Assembly: GCF_002105155.1 (NCBI RefSeq)
Contig: NW_019029006.1
Location: forward strand, 186,001 to 250,000
DNA length: 64,000 nucleotides
Source of the DNA: Lobosporangium transversale
Taxonomy: Eukaryota
Direction: 5' to 3'
The notes under the pieces: model-generated
Told to the model about the DNA's origin: nothing
Seen by the model: the letters and a program-made list of their open reading frames with translations, nothing else
The model's database searches: none
Program-made: the position numbers and the translations under genes
In this document: piece after piece, positions 14,158 through 31,126 of the stretch
How the letters are laid out: every line of letters begins with the position of its first letter
Numbering within the stretch: the first letter of the stretch is position 1

Positions 14158-16617
14158 GAGAAGGAATAGTGATTGGTATTAAGACAGGAATAGAAAAGAG
14201 TCAAAGATAATGAGAATGACGATCGTATAGAATAATAATGAATCAATGAATGTGAATGAATGTAATGGACAGATGGATTCGATGACAAAACTGAATCAAG
14301 GAACAAAAAAAAAAAAAAAAAGAGAGAGAGAGAGGAGAAAAGGAGAAAGAAAGGAAAGAAATAAAGATTCAGAAAAAAGGGACAGTCGCTTTGCCCATGG
14401 CTACATGCATGGTGCATGATATGGCCGAGAACAACCCATCTGGTCATGGTCATGGTCATGGATCGCGATCTTGCTTATAGTTCTTGTAGTGAAATGGCTG
14501 TTGTGACTAATGATATAAATATATCAATTCTCTCAAAATACACTCGCTCTCTTGCTCACTCTTCTTATTATATTTCTCACTCTCCTACTACCTCACTCTC
14601 ATACTCTCACTCTCTCCTCTCATTCTCTCCTCTCACTCTCTATTTCTATATTTTCTATTTCTCTCACTTCCCTTCCTGACTTAGTCTCCGTTTAGTGAAT
14701 TGATGCGTGCATATTTGTTCCTGTCAATTTCAAACGCAGCACCGCTCCAGCCAAGTAAGTAAAAAAAACTGTTAGAACAACAAAAAAACTATTGTGTAAT
14801 GCCAATGGATGCATGCAACCTACACGCACGCACAGGACCAAGATTGAGTTAAACGACGTGCATGGGGCACACCTATTTCTTTTGTTTATGTTCATGAAAA
14901 CAAAGAACGCATATTTGTACACCTGTGTAATGTCGGCGGGAATAATTTATCTTTGACTCCCGGCAAGAACGATGCCACATGGTTGAAAATATAAAAAAAA
15001 AAAAAAAAAAAAACAAAAGGAGTCAAGTCAATCTATTTCTTCCCCACCCCTCTCCTTCATCCTCCTCCTTTACTTCCTTTATCGCTCCTTTTATCGCGTT
15101 TTGACTCATACACATCCCTCTATCCTTGATGCTCTATTGATCATAATTCGAAGCAATTTCTAAAACTAAATATTTTTGACCCTTCTCTCCCTCTCTCCAT
15201 TTTTACGCGTACAAGGATGTCGACAAGATCACCAAGGTAATAAAGTAAAAAAAAAAAAAAAAGAAGAAGCACATGTCCATTCTTTCGTCCATTTTTCTTG
15301 TCATGCTGACAAAAGACAGGGGTAAAAAAAAAAAAAAAAAAAAAAAAGGCGCGTAACTTGGTGGGTTCGTGCATTGCCAAATAACAGGCATTACGGACTT
15401 TTCCCCCTTCCTTTCCCCCTTGATAGATGTCGTCTTGAAGAAAGGAAATGAAATTATTTCATCTTGCTCTTTCCCAACGGTTTGTCTTATGATGTGTAGG
15501 GAATCGTTCCTCTTTTTCTGCCTTACTTTCTATTTTTTCTGTTCCTTCTCAGGGCAATCAAAGGAGTGAGAGGGGCCAAAATGAAATGAATTAATTGCTA
15601 AATCACGATTTTCAATGACTGTAATGATGAAACAAATTTGATCAGCCAAAGCAAAGTTCAGTTAATATAAAATGATAAATGAACAATTGATTCCTAAATG
15701 TAGTAGTTTGGAGGTAGATAAAATTGGGAGTATAATTATATATATAAATATTAATATTTGCTCCCTTACAGTTGCCCCATGCTTTGTTGCTTTTCTACTA
15801 CTTTGCTTTGCTTTGCTGTTGCTGCTGCTCTTGTCTTTAAACCTGCATATGTATTTTCAATAAATCTGTATTTTGTCCCGATCTTTCATTGTCTATTGTC
15901 TGTGGTCATTGGTCCATCCCGTCCATCGGGTCAGAACCTTTTCATTCATACTCCAATGCGCGGTAAAAAAAAAAAAAAAAAAAAATGCTCTCCCGTCCCG
16001 TTATAATTTCCCTCCATAAAAAACAGAGCTCTGTTATAAAAATATACATGAGTACGAATGCTCATCAACTTATTTTTTATTTTTTATTCCGCGCCATGTG
16101 GCCCTTTGCTTGTTTATTGTTAATGAGTCGTCAATCCGTCTTTTCGTTTCAATGAAATGCAGAGCAGAGAATACATATTTTTATACGTAGATGTATACAA
16201 CCCTTTTTAGAACCGATCCAAGCTGAGCAATCCATGTTATAGAGTCTTTCTTAATCCTCCACCAAAAAAAAAAAAAAAAAAAAAAAAAACAGAAATAGAC
16301 ATTGTGCAAATGCAACGAATGACAAGACCTCTCCCTTGCAGAAGTCACCATTTGAGATCGGCGTTAGTTTCCGGGAGCCATTTAATACATCCACTTCCTC
16401 TTTTTATTTTTTTCAACGCCCTTATGACCCCTATGACACATTAATGAAAGCGTCATGCATACCACATGATGGCTCTCCATGCTCCATAAAAAAACAGGCG
16501 CCAAATTTGAAAAGATGGTGTAAAAATACAAATGGATCATATATATTTTTTCTTTTACGTTATACTTGAAATTACTCACAGCATCCATCTCATCTTTACG
16601 TTTATGGTTCTACTGCG

Positions 16618-16651
<34 letters not shown>

Positions 16652-16886
16652 TTTCTTAAGCGGCTTTTAGGCGACCATGTTATTAAAATTACAATAAAAT
16701 ACTACATATATACTATCTTGAACACCCTTGAGGTCTCCAAGTCCTTTCTGACAAAACAATGACAGATCAGATACAAAGAAAGAATATATATATATAAAGC
16801 CTAATTTTTTTTATTTTTTTATCCTTACTATTGTTGAAAGAATAACACGAGCGTCAATCATTAAGAAAGACAAGTTTTCCTTTTTT

Positions 16887-18655
16887 TTATACGCCTTCTG
16901 TAGGTTTACTAGGGAGGTCCTCAGGGCCGAACGCATAGGGCAATAAATCTGCGAGCACAGCACGCTTGTATGTCCTATCATCGTTGACAAAGAAGATTTC
17001 AAGGTTCTTGCCGAATTCATTCATGAATTGTCTAAGCATGTTTGTAAAAAGGAAAAGCAATTAATTTAATCATCCAACTCTATTTCTTTTTTGGTTCTGT
17101 CTTTGAGCAAAGTTACCCGTTGGGGCGCGGTAATTAATAGTGCACTGTAAATGTGTGAAGGCATTTCTACCGTTAGAACTGAAGTACTCTTTCCATCATA
17201 CCTGCAGATGCCGCATGGAGTAATATAGTGGTTATAGTCACTAAATTAATACAAGAAAGAATAGCCGATTTGTTAAATACATTGAAGAATGTCCAAAAAG
17301 AGACACGCCGCGTGGCTTTTTTGTGAACAAGTTTTTAGCACACGCCGAACACAGAACACAGAGAGTGACAAAACAGAACATTGACTTTGGGATATCTTTC
17401 GAGTGTGCGATTATAACGTGTGAATACTTACGAGGAAACAGCAATAGCCACGAATCGCAAATGACCCTCACTCTATATGAGATCATCAAATATATATATG
17501 TATATTGTAGAAATCCATGATAATGGTCAATTTTACTTTCTTCATGATGCTTCAATACAGGACATGAAAAATGAACAAGTGACTGGTATGTGAACGTGAT
17601 TTGAGTTGTTTGTCGTGTCCCGTCCCTGGTGAAGATGCGATTAAGCGACTAATGTTGATTTGGTAAAAGGCGCGTCCCAAACCTGATCGAAAGTTAAGCC
17701 TCAAAAAAAAAAAATCATCGTTTACAAAAACTTACAACTGCCTTCACAAAAGCGGTTCGTTCGGCGCAAATGGCTCCTCCTAAGCACCGCGTTGATGAAT
17801 CGAATCCCAATGCGCAGTTACCCGGTATGGCATAGCAACAAAAAGTAGGTAACACCAATAATTTTTATGTGCATGTTTTGTGCGTGAGAAGAGACATTAA
17901 ATTGTAATAATCGGTTGTACATCAATGTCAGTCTATTATCTTCTCATTATTTTGGCTCTTTTTTTTTCTGAAAAGATATGCAACAGCCTTCCTATGATGG
18001 CCCCAGTTTGATCACTTACCATATGAAGCGTTCTCGACGTTGCAGCCTTTTGAAACAAAATAAAGAGTAAAAAAAAAAATTAGTTAATAAGAGACCATAG
18101 TCATGCTCACTAAGAACATTTTGAAGATCGGCTTGGCAACACAATGAAATTTTCTTTTATTTCCTTCTTTCTTTTTACCTTTAAAAACTTGTCCATCTAC
18201 TGTGCGCAAAGCGGCACCTATACGAAATTTAGAGTATGGGGAGTACGAGTGATTTCTAGCTACAAATATGTGAGAATTATATATGCATGAAAGCGTGAAT
18301 ACGTAGACAAAACATGTTTGAAAGAACCAAAAAAACGTAGAGAAGTATAAGATGTCCAATGGGAATGAGTTGAGTGGAACAAGAAAATGAAAGAAATGTT
18401 AGGATCTTCATACCCCGACAACATGCCACTTTATGCCACTTTTTGCAAATAGGCCATTGTCCACTTGGACTGGGGTGCAAGGCAGTTGTGAGAAAATGCC
18501 ATCTGATACGATTAAAAAAAAATCATAACAAATAAACCATGTCCATGAATAACTAACTATTTCTTTACTACTTCTGCTTGGTTTAATATTTTTTCCTCAC
18601 CTTCGAGGGACTGAGTAATGAGGTCCTCGATTTGGTCATTTGTAAGAACAGACAT
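16887..18655 (-). CDS. CDD1: Cytidine deaminase (homotetrameric type), 7 short exons; largely missed by the ORF track
   Basis: GT-AG exons read MSVLTNDQIEDLITQSLE / ARNHSYSPYSKFRIGAAL..VFK / GCNVENASY / GGAICAERTAFVKAV / SEGHLRFVAIAVSS / DYNHYITPCGICR / QFMNEFG...LLPYAFGPEDL...*. The zinc motifs CAE and PCGICR are intact. Confidence 0.95.
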
Positions 18656-21600
18656 GGTGCGAATCCTAAATGTAACTAATCAAGAAATTGATGAATGAAA
18701 AAGCAAAAATAGGGGAAAGTAGACAAACGATACACAGTGGACAGGGAAGTGAAGAAGAATGAGAGTGAAGTCAAAAGAAAGAAAGAAAAAAAAAAAAAAA
18801 AAAAAAAAAAATCTTCTGGTTGTTGGTCTGTCCCTTTTTTTATATTTTTTTGTGAAGAACATGATGTGGGATTGGTATATTTATGTGTAGATGGAGACTA
18901 ATTGGATGCATACCATGCAGTTTTGCAAACGAGTCAAGACAAAAACCGTATCTTTTTGGCTTCAATCGATCGATTTCTCAACTCTGCAATGGTGTCCGTT
19001 GTGCATACAGTACAATAGTGGAATAGCATGCCATGACAATAAACGGCGTCTTCGTTCAACAAAGCTCTTGTCACATTTTATCTTTATTGGTTAAACTGCC
19101 ACTGTGGACAACAGTCGATGCAGAGCGTTGATACAAATATACAATAGCATGCCGTATTGCAGCAGTTCACCCATTCTCCTTTCTCAGTGCGTATTGCATA
19201 GAAAGCCTTGGAGAGCGAACATTCAAAAAATATATCGCCGACTTCTTCATTGGAACAATTATCTGCACACCGGGGTCTATTTCCCGTCAAACCCACCGGT
19301 AAAAGAAGAAAGCCGATCTCCTTTACTTGATCATTAATATTGATGAATACCCACTTATTGGAAAAATAAAAGAAAAAAAGTGAAGAGCGAAGAGTAGAAA
19401 AACCTTGACTTAATTTATCACGCTATTGCACATAAACTGTTTCGGATGACTCTTTCACATCACTATTTACAGTAAGGAAAACAGAAAAAGACATCCAAAG
19501 TTTTCCGATGTCGCCCTGCTGTACACAGCCGATGCGCCGAGGCGTTGTCCAAAAGTCCTATTTTGCAGTGCCCTTCTGGCCCAAACAAAAACAAATCGAC
19601 TACTAAAAGAGAAAATATCTATTTCTTCCTGCGTAACCAAGCGTCTCTTAGGTTCTCGAACGTTCAGATCCATAATCGTAGTGAGTTTTACTTTGTATCC
19701 TTTTCGTTTTTGATCATTTTCGCGTATATATTATTGATTTAATGGCTGACTCACTAAAAACAAGTTCGAGGATCATGCATGAGCAATGAATGGAGTGTTC
19801 TTGGTTAGGGGACGATTGGCTGAATATTTTACAAGCGAAGTTATATGTGTTTGGGTCTGGTCTGGACTCGGTACTTTGAACTCCTTCGTCTGTTTTCGAA
19901 AAATGGATTGAAGAGGTTTGATTAAAGCAGACAGTTTGTCATGCTTCCTTATCCGATAGCCGGTTAAAAGCTTCGCACTGTGATTGTTCCCAGTCAGGGA
20001 CACGAATTTCCGCACCATACCAAGTCGGCCACAATTTTGTCAGATTTAACGATATCCGTAATGCTGTGGGAGTGACTGATGGCACCAAAAATGCTAAACA
20101 GACTTACGCGCTCCATTTAGTACCGCACAATGATGGACGCGTGCCAAAATTCCAGCACATGCAATCAGTGAGAGACGCGTAGAATGACTCCAATGGAAGT
20201 TGAGCGCTACCAAATAAAAACCCTATCATACCCAGGACCTTCTGTCTTCCACTTCTTCTTCATCCTCCATTTTCCTTGGCCATCTCTCCTACGCTCTCCT
20301 CAGCTTATTGTATCCTAACAGAGCCAAACCTTTTTGGACTCAATTCTTTTTCTGTTCCTTCGCTCTTTGGTAAAAAATTGCAAACTGCATACAGTGAGTG
20401 AGCGCTGCTCCGTTCGTCAAAGCCCACAAGGCATAACAACAATAAATGGCTTCCCGTCAATGCCCTTGACCATGGACTGTGCTTTGACAATGGACCTTAC
20501 TGATTTTACAAGACACTGTCTGATCGGGAGTCGTTGTAGAGCAATATTGGTATGTGCATTGCCTTCGTATCTCCTGCAGTAGCTTGCCTTTCCGCGCTCG
20601 AGACATTGCCGCAGCTGCTAGGCTCTATTTCAAACGAGTACAAACCTCTGGTAACACTCAGGATTGACAACAAGAGGCAAAGTTAACAGTAATTGCGAAG
20701 TTGTGACCACTCCTTTTTCCAGTTGTAATTAATGTCTCCTGACATGACTATGGATCTGGTTGTCTGCCAATGAATTATTGAAGACCGGAATATTCCTTGT
20801 TTTAGGCAACTGCGCCGCCTAAAACAGATCTGAGCTGGTGTGAACCAATTGAGTTTTTTTTTTTTTAAAAAAAAAAAAACCAAGATAGGAAGATGACATT
20901 TTTTATGAGTTATATATAGGATGTGAGAAGTGAAGGCGTAGATAATACATTCCGGCTCCTCCTCTTGACCATCAGAGAGAAACAAGAATAGAGTTACAGT
21001 TTTATGCTTTATTGACCATTAATGATAGTTGGCATTGAGCATTTAACAAAAAAAAAAAAAAAAAGAAAAAAAAAAGAAAGGCTCCTACTTAAAGGAAAAT
21101 GAGCGCTTCTTTTTTGTTGGCAACGATAAAAAAAACTTGTCGAGCTGGGTTGTCTCCATATCCTCTTGAGTATTCGCCATGAAAGATGATTGGCATTGAG
21201 CCATATCCATATTCGTACTCAATGTTTTCTTGGTTTGGTAATCTTCTTTTTTTTTTTTTTTTTTTTTTTAGATTTTTTTTGGTACCTTTGATTAATAAGT
21301 AGAGCCAAGGAAGAAGAGATGGTTAAAAAGATTGAAGGTAGTTACGAAGGGTGAGATATTTGTTGATGAGAGACCTGATTACAATGAGAACTTGTTACTA
21401 AACATTTCTGTTACGCGAGTAGACTTTGGTGCGACAGCACGTAGATAATCGAATAAAAGATTGCTGGGCATGGGGAGTTATAATCCATCAGTCTCAACAA
21501 CCGTTATGATCACTACGGTAATAGAGCCCACAAATATGGGTGACTGTATATAATTAGAGGGGGATACATGCTACATGTATATGAAATGTATTAGATAAAG

Positions 21601-22098
21601 GTATCGTTTTGAAGTTGGGATCGCAAGATCGTGAGGAAGAAAGACACCAATGCTTTTTTTTTTTTTTTTTTTTTTTGCTGTGTTAGTAACGAATATTTGA
21701 GCAAGTTAGCTGTTATCATAAGGAGCAAAAAAAAAATAATCCATGGTGTAAATTACTGCATATCTCTCTGCATGGATGGCCTGTGAATGCATCTGAGCAT
21801 ATTAAATCATTCACAACACCATTCAAGTGTTACCGAGTCCCACTAATCAACTCGCTCGCTTCTGCCTTGGAAGGTTTTATTTTCTTTGTTGCGTCTGTGT
21901 GCTTGTTTTCTTTTTTTTCTTCTCTTTTTTTTTTTTGTGCCTCGTGCTTGTTTTCTTATCTCTTTCACTCTTCTTATTTGTCCTTTTTCTTCCTCATCGT
22001 CCATCCCCTGTCTCACTCACCCTCCCCTCATCCACTTTCTCTTTGATCAATCTCGTCTTCATTTGCTCTCTTTTCCGCATTTCATTTACTCCATTCAG

Positions 22099-24342
22099 AT
22101 GCAAAATCTTAGACGATCTCTCCAGAATAAAAACAGCTCTGGTGGTCTTTCACCCAACCGCGCTCCCGCTGCGCTGGCCCCGCCACGCAAGGTTATCAAA
22201 GCCCTTTACGATTATAATTCCTTGCAGAGCGAGGAACTCTCCTTTACCAAAGGCGACTTTTTCCACGTCGTTGGTAATGAGGACGACGAAGATTGGTACG
22301 AAGCCTGCAATCCTGTCACTGGTGCCCGTGGCTATGTTCCTGTCACCTACTTTCAGATCTTAGAGAAAAGCCAGCGCAATAGCAACCATAGCGAGGAGAA
22401 TGGCAATGATTTTGGGTCGCATACAGATTCTTCACAGGGACAAATCTATCAGCAACCACAGCAACAACAGCAACAGCAACAACAACAGCGGCAACAACAA
22501 CCGCAACAATCAACTACCCCGACGCAGAAGTCAAAATTTCAGCCCTTATATGGTATTGTCCTCTATGACTTTAATGCTGAGAGACATGATGAGCTGGATG
22601 CCAAAGTTGGTGATGCCATTTTGGTCATAGCTAAATCGAACGAAGAGTGGTATGTTGCCAAGCATATTGGAAGGCTTGGAGGTCCTGGATTGATCCCTGT
22701 GAATTTTGTCGAGATCAGAGATATGGCTACTGGGAAACGTATTGATGTGCAGGAGATGCTTCGCCAGACAGGAACAGCCATTCCTCGCATCGAAGAATGG
22801 AAAAAGCAAGCTTTAGAATATAAAGCAAATAGCATCCCTCTTGGTAAGCTCGAAGCGGGCGAAGCTCAGCAACAACAACAGCAGCAACAACATCATCAGC
22901 ATCAATCATATCATCAACAGGGTGTAAACCCACAACAATTTATGCAACAGCATCAATCAAATCAGAATACAGGACCAACCCTCCAACAACTCAAAAACAA
23001 AATGTCGCGAGGAGATCTCAAATCCCAACAGAGAGAGCCTAATCTTCGTGGACATGCCTCTCAGGACTTTGATTCTGCTAGACGTATGGTAAAGTGATCG
23101 CTCCTGAATGCTCTCGTATATTTTTTATTATTATGCTATGCATCTTGTCCGGTCCTTGCTATATTATTAGCCACTATTTGGGGTGCTCATTATAGGCTTT
23201 TGAGCCATCTACTGTGATGACAAACATAATGTGTTTAGTTTAAGCAAGCAGAGATCTTTATTTTTCCTTTTTGCCCACAGACCCCACAATTCGGAACTTT
23301 TTTTCTCTGCTATTTTAATATTTATTACCAATGATGCGAATGTAATGTCAATAGTGCTAGTGCTAATACTCTCATGTTAAATTTACAATAGACGAATCGT
23401 GATGAAGGAAACGGAATGAATACAGGAACAGCATCAAGTAAAGGAAATAGCGATTCATATGACAATCACGATTTGGATGTGCCGCGACTTTTGTTTGCGT
23501 CTGTAGAGTCATACTTTCAAGAGGATGATCAATACTGGTTCACCGTCAAGGTTGAGTTATCCAATGGAATGACGCGGACATTGTATCGATTGTACGAAGA
23601 TTTTTACGAGTTTCATATTGCGTTACTCGAAGAGTTCCCTGTAGAGTCTGGCAAAGTGGGCGACCAACCTCGGATCCTACCTTTTATGCCTGTTCCGCTT
23701 CAAGTTGTCACAGATACTATCACGGCAACCCGTCGGGCAGACCTGGATGAATATGTTAAGGATTTGTGTGACTTGCCCTTGAGGATCACACAACATCCTC
23801 TTGTAGAGCGGCTATTTGCGCTAAAAGAAGGAGATATCGAGATACCAACAAATGGAACTGCAGGTAATGGCAGAACCTCACCATCTATCGGACGTTCAAC
23901 GCCTTCCAGTAATATGTTCCATTCAGCCAATCCAGCAGATCGACGCCTGTCGCCTTCGGCAGGACCTCGAGCTGTATTTGCATCCAAGTCACAGCAAGGC
24001 TCTGGAAGCTACCGCGGCTACCCAGATGACTCAGTATCTACCTCTACTTCACCTAGCCTGCGCTCTCAGTCATCATTTGCGGGGGCACCGCCATTGAACG
24101 GTAGTTCTGAGGAGATGATTAAACTCAAGATCTCGTTCCAGGAAGACATTATGGCAATGAGGATACCTGTTTCCATCACTTTCCGCGCGCTTCAGCAAAA
24201 GGTTTTTGAACGCATTGATACCGACAACCGTGAGCTAAGTTACCGCGACGAGCGCGGAGATTTTGCAAGGCTCCAGAATGATAGCGATGTTCGAGATGCT
24301 ATTGATCGTAGTGGAGGAAAGCTCATGATCTATGTGGATTAA
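22099..24342 (+). CDS. BEM1: Bem1/Scd2 polarity scaffold (SH3-SH3-PX-PB1); exons 22099-23088 and 23392-24342
   Basis: SH3 (KVIKALYDY..ELSFTKGDFFHV..WYEA), second SH3 (YGIVLYDFNAERHDELD..HIGRLGGPGLIPVNFVE), PX (LYRLYEDFYEFHIALLEEFP..RILPFMP) and a C-terminal PB1 (IKLKISFQEDIMAMRIP..YRDERGDF). Confidence 0.95.
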
Positions 24343-24674
24343 GAGTAATTTAGTAACAATATCCCGATCCCCTAATCCATGCATACCTATTTATTTTTGT
24401 TTATCGCAATGTAATACCCATGCGAAAAAAAAAAAAAAAGAAAGAAAGATAGAAGATGCACATCTCGCTGTGTAAGAGCAATAAAAAAAGCTTACATATT
24501 GGCACGTGTTGTGATCAAATTCAGTGGCGTTATTTGCCCTGGTGTTTGTGAAATTTTTTACAAGATCTTCTCGTCCGTCTGCTGGACAGCAAGGTGAAGG
24601 AGAGGTCACACATTTTACAGACATCCTTTCACCATCAGCGTACACTCATTTCTGGATCTCTTCATCGACCAATC

Positions 24675-27018
<2,344 letters not shown>

Positions 27019-27269
27019 AAACTAAAAAAGATATATTTTTTTTTGTATTGAACCTTTTTCATCATTTATTATGCTATATCTCGTTTTCTTTTTCTTTTGA
27101 TAATAAAAGATGTATCAAGACGAAAACTTTACCAGAAATGCATGCGGAGCAAATTTTCTTTTTATTCCTTTCGAAATAGATCTAAAAGTCTACTTCAGTA
27201 CAAAAGAGCAAGATGATGTTTTATGTTTTTTATTGTCAATCCTGTTCCTTCCCTTTACAGCAGTCTAAT

Positions 27270-27847
27270 TTATTGAATCTGGCCCAAGTAATCTTCCTTT
27301 ATCGTTCCCACAGCATTCTATAATATACAGATATGTTTTAATATAAATGTTAATTGCTGGAGGAAATCAAGCCGACAACAGATCAAAAAATAAACTTCTA
27401 TTTCGTTTTTTGATTGACGGAATAGATGTAAGGAAACTTACGATCTGAGTTGCCTGATACTTCAATCCAACAATTTTGAGTCGCACTTGCCCATTCTTTT
27501 CGATCATCTATGATTGAGTGTATTGAAAGAAGGAGGGGGAGAAGTCATTAGTTGGCTCTAAATGTTGACAATGTCCATAATGGACTTTTTTTTTTTTTTT
27601 TTTTTACCTGGTCATCCCCTCTGTAACAGGGACCATTTGAATCAAACTTGAAATCATTTGGCATTAACTTTTTATAGGCGGTGAGGGAGAGGGAATAGTT
27701 GCAATGATAAAATAAAATAAAATAAATAAAAATTAAAAAATCATTCTAAAAATAAAATAAAATAAAACAAACAACGTAGAAAAAACGTTTATTACCTTTT
27801 GGGCAACAAAGACTTGCAAAGGCCCAACGTCCGCAAAGAACCCAATC

Positions 27848-27879
<32 letters not shown>

Positions 27880-28505
27880 GGGAAGAGTTTCAATGTTGTT
27901 AACGTAAAGCATTTGAAAAATTGAAAGTTGTTTCCAATAGCTTTTTTATAAATAATAACAATGATAGCTATTGTTGTTACTGTTGCTGTTGCTGTTTGAA
28001 AATGTTTGAGATAGTTATCCGAACCTGATTGACACTAGTCACGATCGCGTCCACTACTTCTCCTTTGTAAGGTTTAAAGACAATGGCTTGGTATTGAACC
28101 ACGAACTCTGCAAGGCCTGATCCGGGTAAGACTTTGCCTGGACTGATGTTGGTAACGGTCAAGACACATATAATGAAGCCAACTCTTCCTGAACAAGTCC
28201 CTTCTACATCTCCATGAAGGTTCCGGAGTAGGAACTCCTTCATATGTGGACCAAAGTAAGAAGGATGCAGATTGATTGTATGTGATAAATTCCGCTGTTA
28301 ACAAAAAAAAAAAAAAAACGTGACAGCGACATCGTATTAGATAATGAGAGGTCATCATTCACTTTGCAGTATGTTGGGCAACAAACAAAGTCGAGCTATG
28401 ACGAGGATCCCGTTCTTCATGATACATGAAATGAAATAATAGTCAGCTTATTTTCTTTAATTAATGTATTTGTATTTGTCCACAGGCCTTTACCAGGAAG
28501 AACAT
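27270..28505 (-). CDS. RPB7: RNA polymerase II subunit RPB7, multi-exon
   Basis: MFFL micro-exon, then LHPSYFGP..DVEGTCSGRVGFIICV..YQAIVFKPYKGEVVDAIVTSVNQ / IGFFADVGPLQVFV / VRLKIVG / AVGTIKEDYLG. Confidence 0.95.
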
Positions 28506-28777
28506 GGTGGGACCAAGATTTAATTTGTACGAAAATGATGTCCAAAAAAAAAAAAAAAAGCGAAATAGGAAGCAGGAAGCAAGCAAAAAGTTTGGGAGAG
28601 GAGAGTTTTGCGTAGTCCTGGCGTCCTGTCTTCCTTCCTGGGTCTTTTTTTTTTTTTTTTTTTTTAAAGAGAATCACGCAGAATCAAGTACAGTCGATTC
28701 GACTAAGGAATGGTTTAAATATGTAGGGTAATCATGTGATATCACCTGACTATAGTGCAAATTTATTCAAGCTTCAG

Positions 28778-29914
28778 TTATTCCCTGAGGACTTTGCGGC
28801 ATGCATAGGCATCTTCACCGTCAGCATAATACTTCTTCTCAATGTCCTGCACACTATCATGGAATATATCTATATCAGTAATTGAATAAAGCAAGAAGTT
28901 ACATGCAACATTATAATAATACCAAAACTTACGTAAAGTTGAGAGTATCCCTATACAGCTGAAGGGCAGCACGATTGCTCTTGCGAACATGAAGAGAAAC
29001 ATATTTACAGTTAAACACATCGCGCATGGCATTTTCTAAAATGGTATTCATGGAAGAAATGTCCACAAAAGAAATACGTGAGTTAGCTCGAAAATATACT
29101 TCATTTTTTGATTCCTCCGCATGCTTTTTTTCATGTTCTTTTGTGTGTTTGATCTTGTGGAAATTTGCTGGCAAGAATAATCCATTAAATAAACAGCTGT
29201 ATCTCTCCCGCTGTCTTGCTGAAAACCTCTTCCACTGAAGAAAAAAAAAAAAAAAAAAAAAAGGTAAATCAAATTGGTATATTGTGTTCCAAAAAAAAAA
29301 AAAAAAAAACTTACGTGATTGAGTCATTAATTTCTCTGCAACACCGAGTCGGCGGTAAGTACGCATTACTGACAAGGAGGTGATGTGTCCATGTGGTTCA
29401 GCTGTTGGATCCTCCTCTCTAAATGATTCATACGTTGATTTTCATCGAGTACACCACAAAAGTGAAAAAAAAAAAGGAGAAAAAAAGCCCAAAGATTAAT
29501 TGTCTCGGCCTTCATCTTGGGCTTTATCGATCTCTCACGGCTCTTGTTCATGTCCTTACAATTTTGCCAGAACATATCCAATGATCCTGCCTTTTTCATC
29601 CTCTGCCACATATGAAAGTTGAGGCCAAGTGAGAGAATGATAAAAGTCTATATGAATTGAACGTTTAAAGAATATATGAGACGTAAATAAGTTCATTTTA
29701 GATCTGTCTAAGCATTAACACACGTTAATTGTGGAAAAAAAAAAGTTACAAAGCATTGATTATCTCTATTAAACATTTGCCATACAATATTTCATCTGAT
29801 AATTTTCTGGCAGATTGTGCAAGTTACAGTTTTGCATGGCGATCATATCGTCCAACTAAGAAAAAAAGAAAACGAAGTCTTAGCTTGCATTCGTTTGATT
29901 ACTTTCTTACTTTC

Positions 29915-29951
<37 letters not shown>

Positions 29952-29998
29952 TCTTTTTCTTGAACTCTGAAACATACAGTAGCCTCACGAATATTCAT
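28778..29998 (-). CDS. ARD1: NatA N-terminal acetyltransferase catalytic subunit (ARD1/NAA10), multi-exon
   Basis: MNIREAT / [17 protein letters not shown] / [19 protein letters not shown] / [23 protein letters not shown] / [21 protein letters not shown] / [13 protein letters not shown]. Confidence 0.96.
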
Positions 29999-30169
29999 CT
30001 TGAATAGAATGTATCGCAGCGATTCTTGAGGAAGAAGAAGTACTAGTAGGAAGGGGGTCCAGTTCTATGAAGAATGTGTTGAATGCTGAATGCTGAATGT
30101 GAATACTCGCGTGTTGAATGACTATCTCCTGATCTGTTTGTGGCTTCACAACCCACAAAGTTGCCTCTC

Positions 30170-30201
<32 letters not shown>

Positions 30202-30518
30202 CCGGCCGTTCATTTTAAGATAACTTTTTTTTTGTGGTTATTATAACTCATATTTTGCAATCCGGGGTTTTGGTTCTTTTCACATCTAAGATAATGTAAA
30301 CGGTGGTAAGAGGCCCCTGTTGGAAAAAACGAAGGCCCCGTCTGGCTCGTACCTTTTTTTTATATCATTATCATATGGTGAGCATTAAATTCCATAAAAG
30401 GTATTACTGCGATTGAGCGCACAATTGAGCCAATTGAACTTGACGGACACGCTCTTTCGCTCCCCTTAAAAAATTGTTTGAGCCTACAGGAGTGTGGAAG
30501 AGGGATGCCTACCGCCAC

Positions 30519-30552
<34 letters not shown>

Positions 30553-31126
30553 AAACAGACAAAGGCAATAGAAAGGTCTGCCTCAGGAAAACAATGAATG
30601 AGTAAGCGGCAGGGTTCTGTCTCTGTTGAGTATTTTTTTGTATGGTTAATGGTATTCTCACTTACTTACCTTTTTGACTCTTCTTACATTTTCCAATCTG
30701 GTCATTTATCTAATTTATAAAGTAAAATACTGTGTTGAAGAAAAGATAACGTGCTCAGGAGTTAAGAGTGATATGGAGGCAAAGAAGCGTATGGTTGTTG
30801 ATCATATTTTTTCATTGTGGGCTGCTATGCCCTGAAACCTTGCGCCCATTTGTGTTTGTGTCTTTTGCGCATGGCTTGGTTTTTTTTTTAAAAAAATACC
30901 GCAACAATTCACAATGACCCACCCCTTTCCATGCATAAAAAAAGAGTTCGTCGGTTCCTTCCGATTTTACCTCTTGACAAGTCAACCCTCAAATGAACTC
31001 CCTCTCTCTTTTCTCTGTCTTCCAGTTTTTCCATCCATCCATTCTAGGAATCACAAACCAACTGTTTGTTTTTAGACACTACTATTTACATTTCTCTGGA
31101 CTTCAAACACACATTCATTCCTAACC

